A stretch of 64,000 bases of DNA from Eledone cirrhosa (Eukaryota). The translations under genes and the position numbers were made by a program. Position 1 is the first letter of the stretch. The number at the start of each line of letters is the position of its first letter. The stretch is from positions 249,364,001 through 249,428,000 of the forward strand of contig OZ024740.1 in NCBI GenBank assembly GCA_964016885.1, in the 5' to 3' direction. Below the pieces are notes generated by a model. That model did not search any database and had not been told where the DNA came from. It saw nothing but the letters and a program-made list of their open reading frames with translations. Positions 1 to 13,816 of this stretch are shown piece by piece.

Positions 1-2076
1 TTGCGTCACTTCTTAGACCTAATCAATTTCTATAGGCGTTTCGTTCCTCATTGTGCTAATTTGTTATCTTCCCTTACTGACATATTGAAAAATCGTCGTA
101 TGAAGAATGAGGATATTTCCTTGACACAAGGACAGCTTCAAGACTTCCAGACTGCCAAGACAGCACTTGCTAGTTCATCTTTGCTAGCCCACCCGGTACC
201 AGAGGCCAAGCTTTCGCTTTGTGTTGATGCATCTGATACCGCTGTGGGAGCAATTTTACAGCAGTTCAACGCTGGAAACCAACAACCTTTGGCATTTTTC
301 GCAAGGAAGCTGAAACCAGCAGAAACGCGTTACAGCACTTTTGGGCGGTAATTATTAGCCATATATCTGTCGGTGAAACATTTATCTCATATTCTTGAGG
401 GGAGAAATTTTACAGTTTTAACCGACCACAAACCTCTGACCTTCGCTTTGAGGGCTAAAGCCGACAGATATTCGCCCAGAGAGACAAGGCACCTGGATTA
501 CGTTTCGCAATTTACAAATGATATCCAGCACATTGCTGGCTCGCATAACATAGCTGCAGACACATTGTCACGTTTGCCAATCAGCTCCATCTCGTCATCC
601 CAGGAGATCGACTTAGGTCGTTTAGCTGCAGACCAACCTGCACTCCAATCGTTGGATACTCTTTCTGCCGAATTTGCGACTTGCATCTTCAAATATCTGC
701 CCTTGTCGACTACCGACAGGCAGATTCTATGTGATGTATCTACGGATTCACCACGACCACTTGTTCCTGAGACTCACCGTCGAATTGTGTTCCTTGCTTT
801 GCACAACATTTCTCACCCAGGAATTTCTGCCACAATAAAGCTTATAACGGCTAGATTTTCTGGCCCAATATGAGGCGAGAAATTACTGTCTGGTGCCGTT
901 CCTGCACACAGTGTCAGAGATCTAAAATCCACAGACACACCCGGACTCAGCTTGGTACTTTCAGTACTCCTGATGCTCGGTTTCAGCACATACACATTGA
1001 TATCGTTGGACCTTGGCCATTCAGCAGTGGATATTCGTACCTCTTGACCTGTATCGATCGTGTTTCGCGATGGCCTGGAGCCATCCCCTTACAAGATATA
1101 ACTGCTGAGACTGTAGCGCGTGCCCTGTATCAGGGTGGATTACCCGCTTTGGGGTACCAACTACAATCACCACAGACCGTGGTAGACAATTTGAATCTCA
1201 TCTTTTCTCTGAGCTCACAAAGATCATTGGCGCTCAACGGATTCGGGCCACAGCTTATCATCCTGCTTCAAACGGAATGGTGGAACGATTCCACCGCCAA
1301 TTAAAGGCCGCTTTCGCGCCTATCCAGACTCTCAACGTTGGAGCGGGTACCTTCCTATTGTGTTGTTAGGAATTCGGTCATCAATAAAGGAGGACCTTGG
1401 GTTCTCCCCGGCCGAATTACTGTATGGTGCTCCTCTAGCGTTGCCTGGGAAAATGCTTGCCCCTGTTGATCTTGCTTTCCAGGACCCTGTTTCCTACGTA
1501 TCTCGTTTGCACTCCTATTTTCAAGACTTACCGCCCATGAATACTAGGAAACAAACTATTAAAGCTGCAGTCCCGAGGGATATTGCCTCGTGGACACATG
1601 TATTCGTCAGAAACGATGCGGTTACTCCACCCCTCACACAACCATACTCTGGACCCTACCGTGTGTTAGCACGTACTGACAAACATTTCACTGTAGACAT
1701 TAAGGGGTCCAGAGAGACAATTTCGGTGGATAGACTAAAAAGGGCATACAATGACGCTCATACACCCGAGCCACAACTACCCCAATCTTTCTCTCTTGTG
1801 CATACACCCGCTCCTTCTGCCCCACCTTCACCTACATACAAGACCACGACCCGTTCCGGTCGAAGAGTTCACTGGCCCAAAAAACTCTGTTTTCATGTGA
1901 ACTGGCCACTGGAGCCTCTTTTTTGTTTTTCTCTTTATTGTATTACCATGTACCTTTCGTTACCATTTCATGCCTGTACCTTCTCGTTACCAGTTCATGC
2001 CTGTGCTGGGAGCCCGCGCTTGTGGGTTCGCTACAGTTACCTTCGGGCTTTTCGCCTAGTGTCTGGAGGAGGGTAC
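1..2076 (+). mobile_element. Ty3/Gypsy LTR retrotransposon, internal pol region (RT connection, RNase H, integrase), decayed; 5' part lies outside the window
   Basis: ORF fragments carry RNase H motifs (VDASDTAVGAILQQ, LAFFARKL..AETRYSTFGR, LTDHKPL, NIAADTLSR), an integrase HHCC (H..SHPG, CRSCTQCQ) and core (IHIDIVGP, FSPAELLYG), and GPY/F (YSGPYRV); stops and frameshifts; polypurine tract GGAGGAGGG(TAC) at 2065-2076. Confidence 0.93.
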
Positions 2077-2462
2077 TGTAGCGGCCCCTTACGGCTGTGA
2101 CTCAGCACGTATAGGAGTTGCGTCCCTTTACGACGGTCGTAACTCAGCAAGTATAGGAGTCACGTCCCTTTGCGACGGACGCGACTCCCATTGGCAGATT
2201 CATGTACTAAATGGAGTTGCGTCCCCCTGGGGACTATATAAATTAGGACAATCAAGGCATAAACCTCTCTCGCATCCTGAATTTTGAAGGGACAACAAGA
2301 ACACCTGAGACCTTGTCAAGAGATGACTCCTGTCTCACTTCCTTCACCAACAAGAAGAAGAATACCGGCAGCCTAAAGAAATACTTGAACACCTCCAAGA
2401 GAAGATTTCTGTTCTTCTCTACACACTCCAGTCTGGGAGTTGTGACCAACTGAACATCTACA
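2077..2462 (+). repeat. 3' LTR of the Gypsy element
   Basis: Starts TGTAG directly after the PPT and ends CTACA (5-bp terminal inverted repeat, TG...CA); TATA-like CTATATAAA near 2234; about three imperfect ~46-bp tandem units at ~2085-2190. Confidence 0.8.
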
Positions 2463-2611
2463 CATGTGGTAACAAATTATTTATATTAATTTATTTGACT
2501 TCTGTGAAGTAAAACCTTGTCACAACACTCACCTGCATTTATTGTCATTCTTGATAATATATATACACTGATACTAATATCCTAAAAGAGCAAGAAATGA
2601 TCCAATTATTT

Positions 2612-5202
2612 ATGGATGTGTCTTCGGACTCTACCGAAGACAACGAACAAGTTACGGACGTTGATTTCTCATCTGACAGTGCTCCGTCGGTTCCTAAGAA
2701 GCGTAATGTTATGGCATGATTTGACTTCGGAGATGATCTTCTACCCCCATGTTTCAGACACCTACGAATCAGTGAGAGGATAATAAAGCCGGAAGTATAC
2801 GAAACTATCGATGAACTGAAATCCATAACTCATATGTCTGAAAATCAGGCTAATGCCGCGATAGTTGTTGTTGGAAATAAATTGTTTGACAGAAAATGGA
2901 AGTTACATAACGAAATCGACGTGATCGATCTCGATACTTTACCTCATAAACGTAATATTTGAGAGAGCGGAAAAAGTATTGAAATGATGGCACTGGACTG
3001 CATAGTTAAGGAAATCATGTCTTTAGATACCAACAGCGTGATTACCTATCACGACGACGGGTCCAAAAAACAAGGTGTTGGATCTTTCAGTGTACAGGGC
3101 ATGACAGTTGGTGGAATGTACAGAGCGCTTCCTACGTTACCGATAGCGTCTGAATCGCGACAGAACTTGGCTTGGCTGTTTTGTCCATACTAGAAGCTGC
3201 AAGTGAGGTACCCGTCAAATTGCTCTTCGAAAAAATTGATTTTGTGATAACTGATCAGACATCACACAATTTCGAGGTTGAGGCGATCCTAGCTGAAAAA
3301 CTAGAGACTGAACACGTTCCAGACCACCTTTTCTGTAATGTTCATCCTTCCCTCATGTTCAACAGGGTTTTGACGAAGCTATTGAAAACGAAATTGGTAG
3401 AGACAACATCTTCTCGAGTTTTCTAGTGAATGCAACTACTAATGCCTCAAGTATCACAGAGCAAGCCCTCGACTGTATAACAAAATTGATATGCCATGAT
3501 TTCGACCACAAAAATTGGAACAAGGCGAATGACTTTGACTCATTTATACATCCACGCAAAAACAAGTCCGTTTCATTGAAATATGAACGGTTCAATCGGC
3601 TTACCATAACTTGTGCAGTTACGCTATATCACCTAGACGATGTAGCCGCATACGTTCAGAAATTCAAGCATGTAACTAACCAGTTGGCGTGCATAGTGCG
3701 CTGTTTTATGAATATGGACATCTTCCGGGTGTGGTGTTGTTCTGCAGTGGAGCTATCATCGGATTGCATTTGGTAGAGCCATTCTTATCACTCACGACTG
3801 CACAAGCGACGGACTATCCCAAACTGGCGATAACATTCAATAAGATCTACGACGATTTGATACATATTGATCCCAGCAAATTATTATCTACCGACCTACC
3901 AGCTTTGAGTTTCGTATCAGAAGAACGTTTCAGACAGATCCGATATGATGACGAAATGTGCGATGCGATAAATGCAGCGACCTGCGAGTTGAGAGATGAT
4001 GTACTGAAAGTCATAAAGGTGCTCTTACCGAAGTTGGATGATGGCTTCCAGAAGCAAAAGGGCGACATATTCGGATTTGGAGAAGCTGGCGATTCTACAG
4101 ACGCCTGATCAAAGATGGACACTGCCAAACTTGAAAAAGCGCCTATTCACAACCTCGATTCAGAAAGAGGTGTGGGCTTTATTAATTACGAATTGACTCG
4201 CCGAGGCGCCAAACAATTGGCCGCCGCTTCTTCATCTCAAGTAAAGATGAAGGCTAAAGACCTGATCGAAAATGAGTCGGCGTCTTTCGTCAAATACAGG
4301 AAGTTGGTTAGAAAAGGCGGCCAAATACCTGAAATTATGAAAGCATGGACTGTAAGACAGGAGGAGTTGACACGCGAAGGCCTCGCAACCAAGGAAAATG
4401 CCAATATCGCCACCGACAAGCGACGAAACAGTGACCTTGATTATCTAAAATCTGTAGGTGGTCCTTTCATTAAAAAGGAGGAGATAGATACATATATGGA
4501 GAGCGATACAGCTTCGGAAACAGATAAAATAGAAAGGTTGTATTTAGAAATTAGATATGCAAGGGACACTTCGCTATCGATACCAAAAACCAGCGACATT
4601 TTCAAACTGAAAAGGAATTATCGGAAACTAGATGTGGATACTTACGTGCGAAATCTGAGGGTTTATCTGGAGAAAGTCAGCTGCAAAACGAATGCTACTG
4701 TTCAGGACTTTAAAGATGCTTTAGATCACTTGTTGAACAATTATAATTTAAAATAAACCAATGATAATGTACCAATGAATCATGCATAATAATTTTTTCA
4801 AGCCATAGACTAGAGTTAAGCTCATTTTGTCTTCGGAAATGCGTTTAAAATATGCCATCCATGAAAAATGATATATTAGTCAATATAGTTGGTTCAATAA
4901 CAGTTTCCCATATCCGGTTCCTGGATTTCCGGCATATTGGATGGTCGTAATGCAAAAACAATACCATAAATGAGTTTATCGACCCCCAAAACCCCCCTTG
5001 TGACGAAAAATATCGAGTATAGGTGCAATAATAGCGGACTTTTCCTTCTTTTCGACCATCCTCAACTTCGTATGTACAGGAGGGTTCCGGCCCTCGGAAA
5101 ATTTTTTAGTATGATTTCAGTGAATGGTATGGGTCACTACATATTTTAAATGGGGCCCGGAAATTGAGTCTGCAGATTTGTAAATTACCCCCCCCCCCCC
5201 TA
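2612..5202 (+). mobile_element. Decayed DDE cut-and-paste transposon, hAT-like (hATm/hATx-type); transposase pseudogene ~2612-4756, putative right end CCCCTA at 5202
   Basis: Joined frames give ITYHDDGS (D1), FVITDQTSHN (D2), LFCNVH (CxxH) and HNLDSERGVG (E); the terminus reads TAGGG on the minus strand, as in hATm-type ends. Subfamily assignment is inference. Confidence 0.6.
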
Positions 5203-5363
5203 TTTATATAGTTTAGTGATTGTAACGTCCAGTTACAGTAGGTTCACCAAAGTGAGCACTTGATGTGTAGTTTTCAATCGTGAAACATGCATCACCTCAA
5301 TAAATGGAATGAAGATCTAACACCTTGTCCTTTTTATTATTATTATTATTATTATTATTAATT

Positions 5364-5547
5364 GGTCGATTTTCAGTATCGGTAGAGGGTCGGACGCCAT
5401 GCTTTGATACATAGAGTTACGGCCCTTGCCATTCTGAGTTCAAATCCCGCCGAAGTTAACTTTGCCCTTCATCCTTACGGGGTCGATAAAATAAAGTACC
5501 AGTAATGTACTGGGTAATTGCTGGCCTTGTGCCAAAAGTAGAAACAA
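5364..5547 (+). mobile_element. SINE family 1 copy (tRNA-like head, ATT tail)
   Basis: B-box-like GAGTTCAAATCCC, body GGGGTCGATAAAATAAAGTACCAG, tail GCTGGCCTTGTGCC..GAAACAATTATT; homologous copies at 17768, 47007 and 61028-61460. Confidence 0.85.
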
Positions 5548-5560
5548 TTATTATTATTAT

Positions 5561-8070
5561 CGGGCACATGATACTTGATCCCGGGCAGATGTGTGTGACT
5601 TTTCAGCAGCACTTTGCTTAGCTATTCGGGAGCAATGGCGGGCTGCATCGCTGAATGGACTTCAGTGCCTACCTCGACGGACTGCCACGGCTCTCGGCCA
5701 CTGAGGCGGAGTGTTGCGAAAGGCCGATAACAGCTGCTGAAGTACGGGAAGCAATGACTAGCTGCACAGTGGGTAAATCGCCTGGTTTGGATGGTCTGCC
5801 CTACGAATTTTACATACATATGCCAGACTTGTTCGAAGACCTCTTGGCAGACGTCTACTGCAACTGGCAGCAGGACGGGAAAATTCTCAGCTCTGTGAGC
5901 CGAGGAGCGGTGGCGCTGCTGAGAAAGGATCCGAACAAGGGGGATAACATAGAAAATTTCAGGCCCATAACTCTGCTAAACACAGACTTCAAGATTTTGG
6001 CTAAGGTGCTAGCAAAGAGGTTGGCACTTGTCGTTGGTGGTTTGGTGGGAGAGGCGCAAACATGCGCCATTCCAGACAGATCCATCCATGACAATCTCCA
6101 CCTCATGCGATACATCGTAGAGAGGGTAGCTAGGGAACCTGGCATGGGTGGGTCTTTGATCAATTTAGATCAGTCAAAAGCTTTCGATAGGGTCGACCGT
6201 CATTATCTGGCAGCAGTCCTAAGAGCAGCTGGCTTTGGGCCCGTCTTCAGGGACTGGATTGCTGCCATGCACAGCGACATCTGCTCTGTGGTGAGAGTGA
6301 ACGGTCACCTTTCGGAACCGTTCAACATCATGCGCTCGATCTGCCAGGGATGTCCTCTCTCGTCCTTGTACGTATTGACTCTCGAGCCATTACTGCACAA
6401 ACTGGAGACGTTGAGGGGGATCCCACGTGAACTAGGATGCGGAAGAACAGTGTCAGCTTATGCAGATGACATCACCGTAGTGGTGTCGAACACCAAACAC
6501 ATCGAGGCGATCGGCACCACACTAAGAGAATACGAGGTAGTGACAGGAGCAATGATCAACCAGGAAAAATCAGTAGGCCTGCAACTCGGCATCTGGAGAG
6601 GCAGGTCCATGCCGTCCAACAGCATTGCCAGGCGCTGGACGGACGGACCAGTTAAATTGCTAGGGGTCTGGTTCGGTCTGGACCTCCAGACGAACAAAAA
6701 CTGGGAGGAGGTCACGAGTAAGGTGTTTTCTCTCACCCAGAAATGGGCCGAGAGGAAGCTATCCCTGAAAGGTCGAGTGGAGGTGATGAATGCATACATC
6801 GCGTCCGTCATCTACTACCGTCTGACCGTCGTGCCTTGTCCTAAGCCTCGCCTGACTGGACTGGAGCGGAGTGTTTGCTCTTTGCTTTTTGTGGAAGGGA
6901 TGTGCTTCAATGGTCAGGCGGTCCATCTGCTGTCATCATCCGCTACGCGGAGGGCTGGGCATGCCGTGGTTGATGATACGCAGACATGCGATCAGGCTAC
7001 GGCATCTCCACCTCTTCCTCGACGGTGATCAGGTGTGGTCGCCCTTTGCTAGACACATTTTCCCCAGCTTGTCTCCTCGGTGGAGCTACAATCCTGGGTC
7101 AAGCGAAGACCGAGAGGAAACGTTTGGAGACTAGAATGTCTTCAGGCGCTTATAGCCCTCGACCAGTCGAGCAATACAATTGCTGGAAACTCCACCTTCG
7201 CTTTCTATAGAGGATTAGTGGAAGGAAAGAGCAACAACGTCCTTGGGGAGACTGTAGGCATCGACGAAAACCAACTAGCCAATCTCTTCAGGAGAACTTT
7301 CGGGCCAGGGCCCATGGATAACTTCCAGAAATCCCTAACCTGGCAGTGCTACCGAGGAGCCTTGCCAGTTAGGGATAAATTCTACAGGCATGGAAGTGCC
7401 ATTAGCCGACTCTGTCCGAGATGCGCACAGGGCGATGAAACCGTCCTGTACGCACTCGTCCAGTGTCCGAACATTGCTGATTTGTGGGTTTATGCTGAAC
7501 ACCTGCTTTCATGTGTAGAACGCTGAGTCCATCGTGAAGATTACCCCGCCGCCTTCCTTTAGCCGAGAATGACAGGCAGTATTTATCTGCCTGGGGGCCA
7601 TGGTAAAAGAGATTGTATGGTGAACATGTCTGAAAGGGTTGAAGACCGGTACTTTCCTCTTCGGTGACGCCCTCATTAACTTTTTCAGGTTTCACCTGAA
7701 GAGGAAAATCAGGGTGGAAAGGGAAGTGCTGACTTCCAGCCAGTTTGTTGAAAGGTGGGTGAGAGAGGCAAGAATGGCCCTGTGAATGGGTCTACCCTGA
7801 GCATGTGCCTGTGGCACTGAAGGAGGAAAACTGGAAGAGGGCATTTGCCCTAGCGGTCAGGGAAACCGTGGCTTTTCTTGTGGGCTTTCTCCATGAGCAA
7901 CACTCGGAGATCCCCCCCCCCCCCCCCCCCCCCCTATTGGGAATTTTTCATTGTTTCCTTTTGTCACACTCTGTTTTTGTTTTTTTTACACACAGAAATG
8001 CCCATTTGTATTGTCCTGTGTTGTCCTTAATGTTATACTTTGTGTCAACCCTTGTGGTCAATAAAGAAAG

Positions 8071-8071
<1 letters not shown>
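5561..8071 (+). mobile_element. Tx1/L1-clade non-LTR retrotransposon copy A, 5'-truncated (RT plus C-terminal zinc knuckle)
   Basis: KSPGLDGLPYEFY, FRPITLLNTDFKILAKVLAKRL, DQSKAFDRV, QGCPLS, AYADD, LSLKGR, CPRC; 3' UTR with AATAAA then (ATT)n. Confidence 0.9.
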
Positions 8072-8118
<47 letters not shown>

Positions 8119-9924
8119 AGTTGCATTTATCTTGCTTTATGTTCATACGAGTTATCACCAAGTCACAACCAGTGACCTCAAGAGACAACAAGGTCTGCCA
8201 TGTTCAAGAAAGAACATACATACTCATACATGCATCTTTAGGTGTTTAGACTTGTGATGTACTTATATTGACAGAATCTTCCTTAGTATATGGGCAGTTC
8301 CCATTAGTACTATCTTTCGTATTTCTCCTATATGCGGGTTTGCGATAAGTAATCATTAGACCCCTTAGGTATCATTCCTAGAGCGCCTACAACCACTGGT
8401 ATTGTTTTAGTTCTCAATTTCCACATTTTTCCAATTTCTATCTCCAGGTCCTTATACTTGCTCAATTTTTCAAATGTTTTTATAGATACATTCTTGTCTA
8501 TTGGAACAGACATATCAATTGGCAGGCATACCCTCTTTTTAAAGTCCTTCAGTATTATATCAGGTCTATTTGCATCTATTTTTCGGTCTGTTTGGATGCT
8601 AAAGTTCCACAAGATTGAGATGTGATCTTTTTCAAGTATGGGAGGTGGTTGATGCTCCCACCAATTCTTTTGATGGGGCAGGTCAAAATGCTTACACATT
8701 ATCCAATGTATGTATTGTGCAGCTCTGTCATGCCTGTTTAGGTATTCGGTTGGAGCTATAGGACTGCACATTGAAATTATATGATCAATGATCTCTGGTT
8801 GTTTTTTACATACACGGCATAATGGGCTGCATCCATTTTTTATTATGTTGGCTTGGTAATTTTTTGTTGGCAGACACTGATCTTGTGCGGATATAATCAG
8901 TCCTTCAGTCTCCGATTTCAGTCCAAAGGATGCGAACCACTGATGGGTTAAAGTTTTGTCAACATCAGGATTGTTAGCTTTTTCTGGGTATTTTCCATAC
9001 AGAGGCTTTTCTTGCCATTTCTTAGCCAGTTTCTGTAGCAGTTCTTTCTTTGCAGTTACTTTTACCTGCTTTGCTTTTTCTGTGTTTTCCATTTCAGCAG
9101 CAAATGGGACTTCTGAAATGTGTAGTCCATTACTGTATCTTTGTGCATCTTTTGTAATGGAGTATGATCTTTTGATGCTTTCGTGTTTCAAAACGAGTTT
9201 GATCATCCAATCATGTGATTCCCTTAGATATGTAGATAATCCAATTGTTGCAGTTTTCAGATGCAATATCTAACTGGATTAACCCACGTCCTCCTTCTTT
9301 CCTAGGGAGATATATTCTATCTATATCTGTCTTAGGGTGATGCATTCTGTGCATGGTTAAGAATTTTCGAATTTTTGTATCGAGCCTACGGATCTCTGTG
9401 CTTGACCAGTTGATGACATTGTAACTGTAGGTTACTACTGGTATGGCATCGATCCTATTCCTTGCATTCAATTCCATTCTTAAGATTGCTCTTACTCTGC
9501 GGTAACATTCCTTCCTTATCCTTTCCCTCATTGTCGACTGCTTGATTCCGTCTCCTTCACAAACACCTAGATATTTGTAAGTTTCCGCTTGATCAAGTTC
9601 TCTTATCACATTCCCCCGATCAAGATTAATGTCTGAACTTTTCATCAGCTTTCCTCTGGTGAACGTTGCTTTGGCGCATTTGTCTAGTCCAAACTCCATT
9701 TTAATGTCATCACTGAACTGCTCCACAGTGGATAATAGCCCTTGCAATTGTTCATCATTTTTTGCAAATAGTTTCAGGTCATCCATGTAGAACAAGTGAT
9801 TAATGGTTTGTCATAGACTTTATATCCATATTTTGTTTCATTGAGCATTTTACTTCATGGTATAAGCGCGATGCAGAATAAAAGCGGTGATAAAGAGTCA
9901 CCCTGAAAAATTCCACAATTAATA

Positions 9925-9928
<4 letters not shown>
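8119..9928 (-). mobile_element. R4/Dong-clade non-LTR retrotransposon copy A, 5'-truncated (RT, CCHC, restriction-like endonuclease)
   Basis: GIFQGD, FYMDDLKLFA, RKEGGRGL, AQDQ, CRVC..HIISMC, RHD, RPDIIL..ID..VP, K..KYKDL, PVVVGALG; flanked by (TAA)n. Confidence 0.9.
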
Positions 9929-9962
<34 letters not shown>

Positions 9963-9968
9963 GTTATT

Positions 9969-12900
9969 ACTCTTTGAGTCTCAGTCATTGATGTTAGTTA
10001 ACTGGAAAGTTTGTTGAGATGAATATCAAGCCACTACCTGCAGCCTCAGATATTCAGGACGTATCGGAGGGTTCTTGCTGTTCCCAGCAAGCATGCCTTT
10101 TGAAGCATTCCAAAAAGCGTGAAGGGGCCAATTTTCTTTAACCATCCCTGGAAACTTTTTGAGATAGTCCCTAGTGCGCCTATGACAATCGGGATCACTT
10201 TGACTTCATGGCAGTTCCAAATCCTTTTTACCTCCCACTTTAAATCCTGGTATCGGTTAATTTTCTCCCTCTCCTTCTCTTGCACTCTCATGTCGAATGG
10301 GCAGGCCACATCCATAATCAGGCACGATCTTTTTTCTTTGTCCAAAACCACCAGGTCAGGTCTATTGTGGTCCAGTTTCTTGTCCGTCTGTATCCTAAAA
10401 TCCCACAGCACCTTCACCTGATCGTTTTCTATCACCGACTCTGGCTTATGCTCATACCACTTCTCAGAATGTGGTAAATTGTTTACTTTGCACAGGTGCC
10501 AGTGGATCACCCTGCCCATCACATCATGTCTCCAGCCCTTATAGTGGGTCTCAGCTAGGTGTTTACACTCGGATACAATGTGAGCCACAGTCTCCTCTCT
10601 CTCTCCACAGATCCTGCACAGTGGGCTAGCCTCCTCCTTGTAGATATGGTGTTTCAACCACTTCGTTTTGAGGGCATGCTCTTGCGCAGCCATTAGCATT
10701 CCTTCTGTAGCCTTTTTAAGGTCTTCTCTTTTCAACCAGTTCCATGTCTGTGGATCTCTGAATTCAGTTTTCTCAAAGAAGGTACTATGAAGGGATTTTT
10801 CCTGAAGGCTGCTCTTTCTCCTTGTTGTTATTTCCTCCTTGGACATCCCCTGGTCTATTGTCCTCTCCTTCAGTACAGTTCTGAGCATTGGCTCCTTACT
10901 ATCAGTCATGTATTTGTGTAGGTTGTTTTTCTCCATCTGAACACATTCCTCTATGCTGATAAAACCTCTTCCACCTTCAGATCTCCTTAAGTAGAGTCTA
11001 TCGACATCACTCCTTTTGTGGAACATGTTGTAGATAGTCAATAGCTTCCTAGTCTTCCTATCCATTTCTTTTTGTTCAGCAACATTCCATCTCAGAATTC
11101 CTGCACTGTACCTAATAACAGACACAGCTCGGGAATTTACTGCACTTATGGCATTCCTACTGTTCAGATGTGACTTTAATATGCTCCTTACTCTCCGAAT
11201 GTATTCAGTTTTTATCAATTCCTTCATTTTTTTGTTCTTGATGTCATCAGCCTCCAGAACACCCAAATACTTGTATCCCTCCTCAGTGTCAATTTCCTTT
11301 ATCATCTCACCTGTTGGTACCTGGATTCCGTTACTTCTGCTCAATTTACTCCTCTTCATCACAAGGACTCCACACTTACTAATACCAAATTGCATACATA
11401 TATCATTGCTGAAATTACGGACAGTGTCAACGAGCACATCCAACTCCTTCTCACTCTTCCCGAAGAGCTTAAGATCGTCCATGAAGAGGGGGTGATTGAT
11501 GGTAAGCTCTCCCTTTCCCAACTTGTATCCTGCTTTCACTTTTCGCAGTATAATGGTCAGAGGCATCAGGGCAAGGACAAACAACAGAGGGGATAGACTA
11601 TCTCCCTGGAAGATACCTCTCTTGATCTTCACGCCTCCCAATGTTAACTCTGTTTCCCAGGACTTCATACTTTTGCCCAACAACTGTCTGATGTTATCTG
11701 CCACTCTGAAGATCTCTAGGCTTTTGGTGATCCAAGAATGAGGCACCATGTCAAATGCCTTTTTGTAGTCTATCCATCCCATGGCAAGACCAGTGTGTCT
11801 CCTCTTGCAATTCCTCATTACCATCTTATCAATAAGTAACTGGTCCTTTGTACCACGGGACTTCTTTCGGCATCCTTTCTGTTCGTCCGGTAACAAGTTG
11901 TTTGTGTGGAGGTGATGGTAGATTTCCTCAGACATAATGCTTGTCAACAGTTTCCACATTACGGACAGACATGTGATAGGTCTATAGTTGGTAACATCAT
12001 TACCCTTGATTCGGTCTTTATCAGAACTGTGGTACCTTTTGTCAACCACTCTGGTACCTCACCTGACATCAAGCAGTCATTAAACATGGTTGTCAGTTTT
12101 GGGTGGAGGGATGTTATATTTTTAATCCAATACCCCTGCACACCATCTGGGCCTGGTGATTTCCAGTTGGTTAGTTTTTTGGCCTGCTCCTTAAGAGTTT
12201 CAACTGTGATACTAAAATCAGTTTGTTGGTGTGCCTGTTCACTAATCTCCTTCTGTACTGTCTCAATCCACACTGCCTGGTCATTATGTTTAACATCCTG
12301 CTCCCATATTCCTCTCCAGAATGTTTTCGTTTGTTCCGCCTCAGGGATCAAGTCGTTGCCTCTTTCTTTCCCTTCAAGCTGTCCAAACAGCATCTTCTGG
12401 TTGTTGTCAAACATGCGGTTCTGTCTATACTGACTGACTCTGCTCTCATATCGCCTAATTTTTGCACTCTTTGCTACAATGCGTTGCTTCAGTTCCTCTA
12501 TGATAATATTTAGCTTTTTCCTCCTAGTTTTGTACTTTATTTCCAGTCTATATTTAGTGTCTATGTTTTTTAGTGTCCCATTCAGTAGGGACTCAAGCTT
12601 TCCAATGTCATTTCTCATTTCCCTGATTTGACCACTCAGTCGTTTCTTCCACCAAGGCTCTGATCTTTCTTGTCTGTTGTTTCCTCTCGCTTTTATACCA
12701 AGTAATTTCCTCACCGTATTTGCTGTTGCTTTGAGGATATTGTTGCACTGGTGAAGGCTCCTCGCCTCAAGGTATGGGATGACTTTGTTTACCTTAGCTG
12801 TTGTTTCTTTTAACTTTTTCCTGTCTACAAATCTTAGGTTCATAGGTTTCCCAATATCATTGTTCAATTCATCTACCACTAAGTTTAGGATATCAACCAA

Positions 12901-13795
12901 ATCTTGTCCTAGCCCGTCAGCATTCATCTCCTCAATGGCCGTATCTCTGTTCCAGGTATTATTTATTTCAGCATTCAGATCATTGTCTGCTTCGGATGCT
13001 TCCTCCGTTCTCTCACCTCTCCACCTTCATCTCCCACTGGCTCGTTTGCCTGGCATACTCCACTCTCCATTTCCAAGCTAATCTCTCTGTTCAGTTCCTC
13101 CAGTTCCAGCTCGCTTATCCACCCATTAGTTCTTATTACCTGAGCCTGCCCGGCCAATTTTTGTTCATCTAATTTAAATAGACCCATCTCGTTCCAGATG
13201 CTATGCATCCGTTTCCTATAGCCTTTCTCCTTGGGGTTACTCTTCAGGTAACATTGCATAACAGTTCTATTCAATTCTTTCGTCCAGTTGGTTCTGGTCC
13301 CTTCCTTCTTCTTCTTTCTCCGACACCAGCAGCATTTGGTTGACAGCCAGGTCCCTGCTGCTGAGCCAGGGAGCACCTGCTGGGTGAGAGTCTGTCACAT
13401 GACATTCCAGTCTCCACTTCACCGTTATTCGAACTGTTTAGGTTCGACATTTAAACACTCTTATTGAGGATTGGTGAATGTATGGTTACATAACCACCGG
13501 TGATTTCGTCACTTCCGGTGATTTTTGTGTAGCACTATCACGCTGTAGATGAACATAAATAAACAAACAAACGAACAGGCAGAAAAAAAAAAGAAACAAA
13601 AAAAAATAAGCATAAGTTTCATTGTAATGCAATGTTTGAATGTCTGACTTAGATTTTCCCCTCCCTTCTCTGTCCGTCTGTTTGTTTTTCTTTTCTTTTC
13701 CTTTCATTTTTCTTTTCTTTACGTTTTTTGTTGTTGCTGTGCTGCTTTGATTTTGATTTTTGGTTTTTTGATTTTGATTTTGACCGGGTCATCAG
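9969..13795 (-). mobile_element. R4/Dong-clade non-LTR retrotransposon copy B, near full length with frameshifts
   Basis: N-terminal WTKELN..MQCY..GYRKRM..W domain, [53 protein letters not shown] endonuclease; ORFs 12975-13376, 11959-12927 and 10046-12049. The 5' boundary is approximate. Confidence 0.92.
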
Positions 13796-13816
13796 ATTAT
13801 TATTATTATTATTATT

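Noticed and set aside
7805-8257. ORFs with poly-I, poly-L or poly-N runs (also 9800, 13649, 17254, 17387, 31215-31740, 52210)
   Set aside because: They are translations of microsatellites.
13490-13800. Hammerhead or HDV ribozyme at the Dong B 5' end
   Set aside because: CTGATGA is present on the minus strand at ~13786-13792, but I could not assemble stems I-III or an HDV fold.
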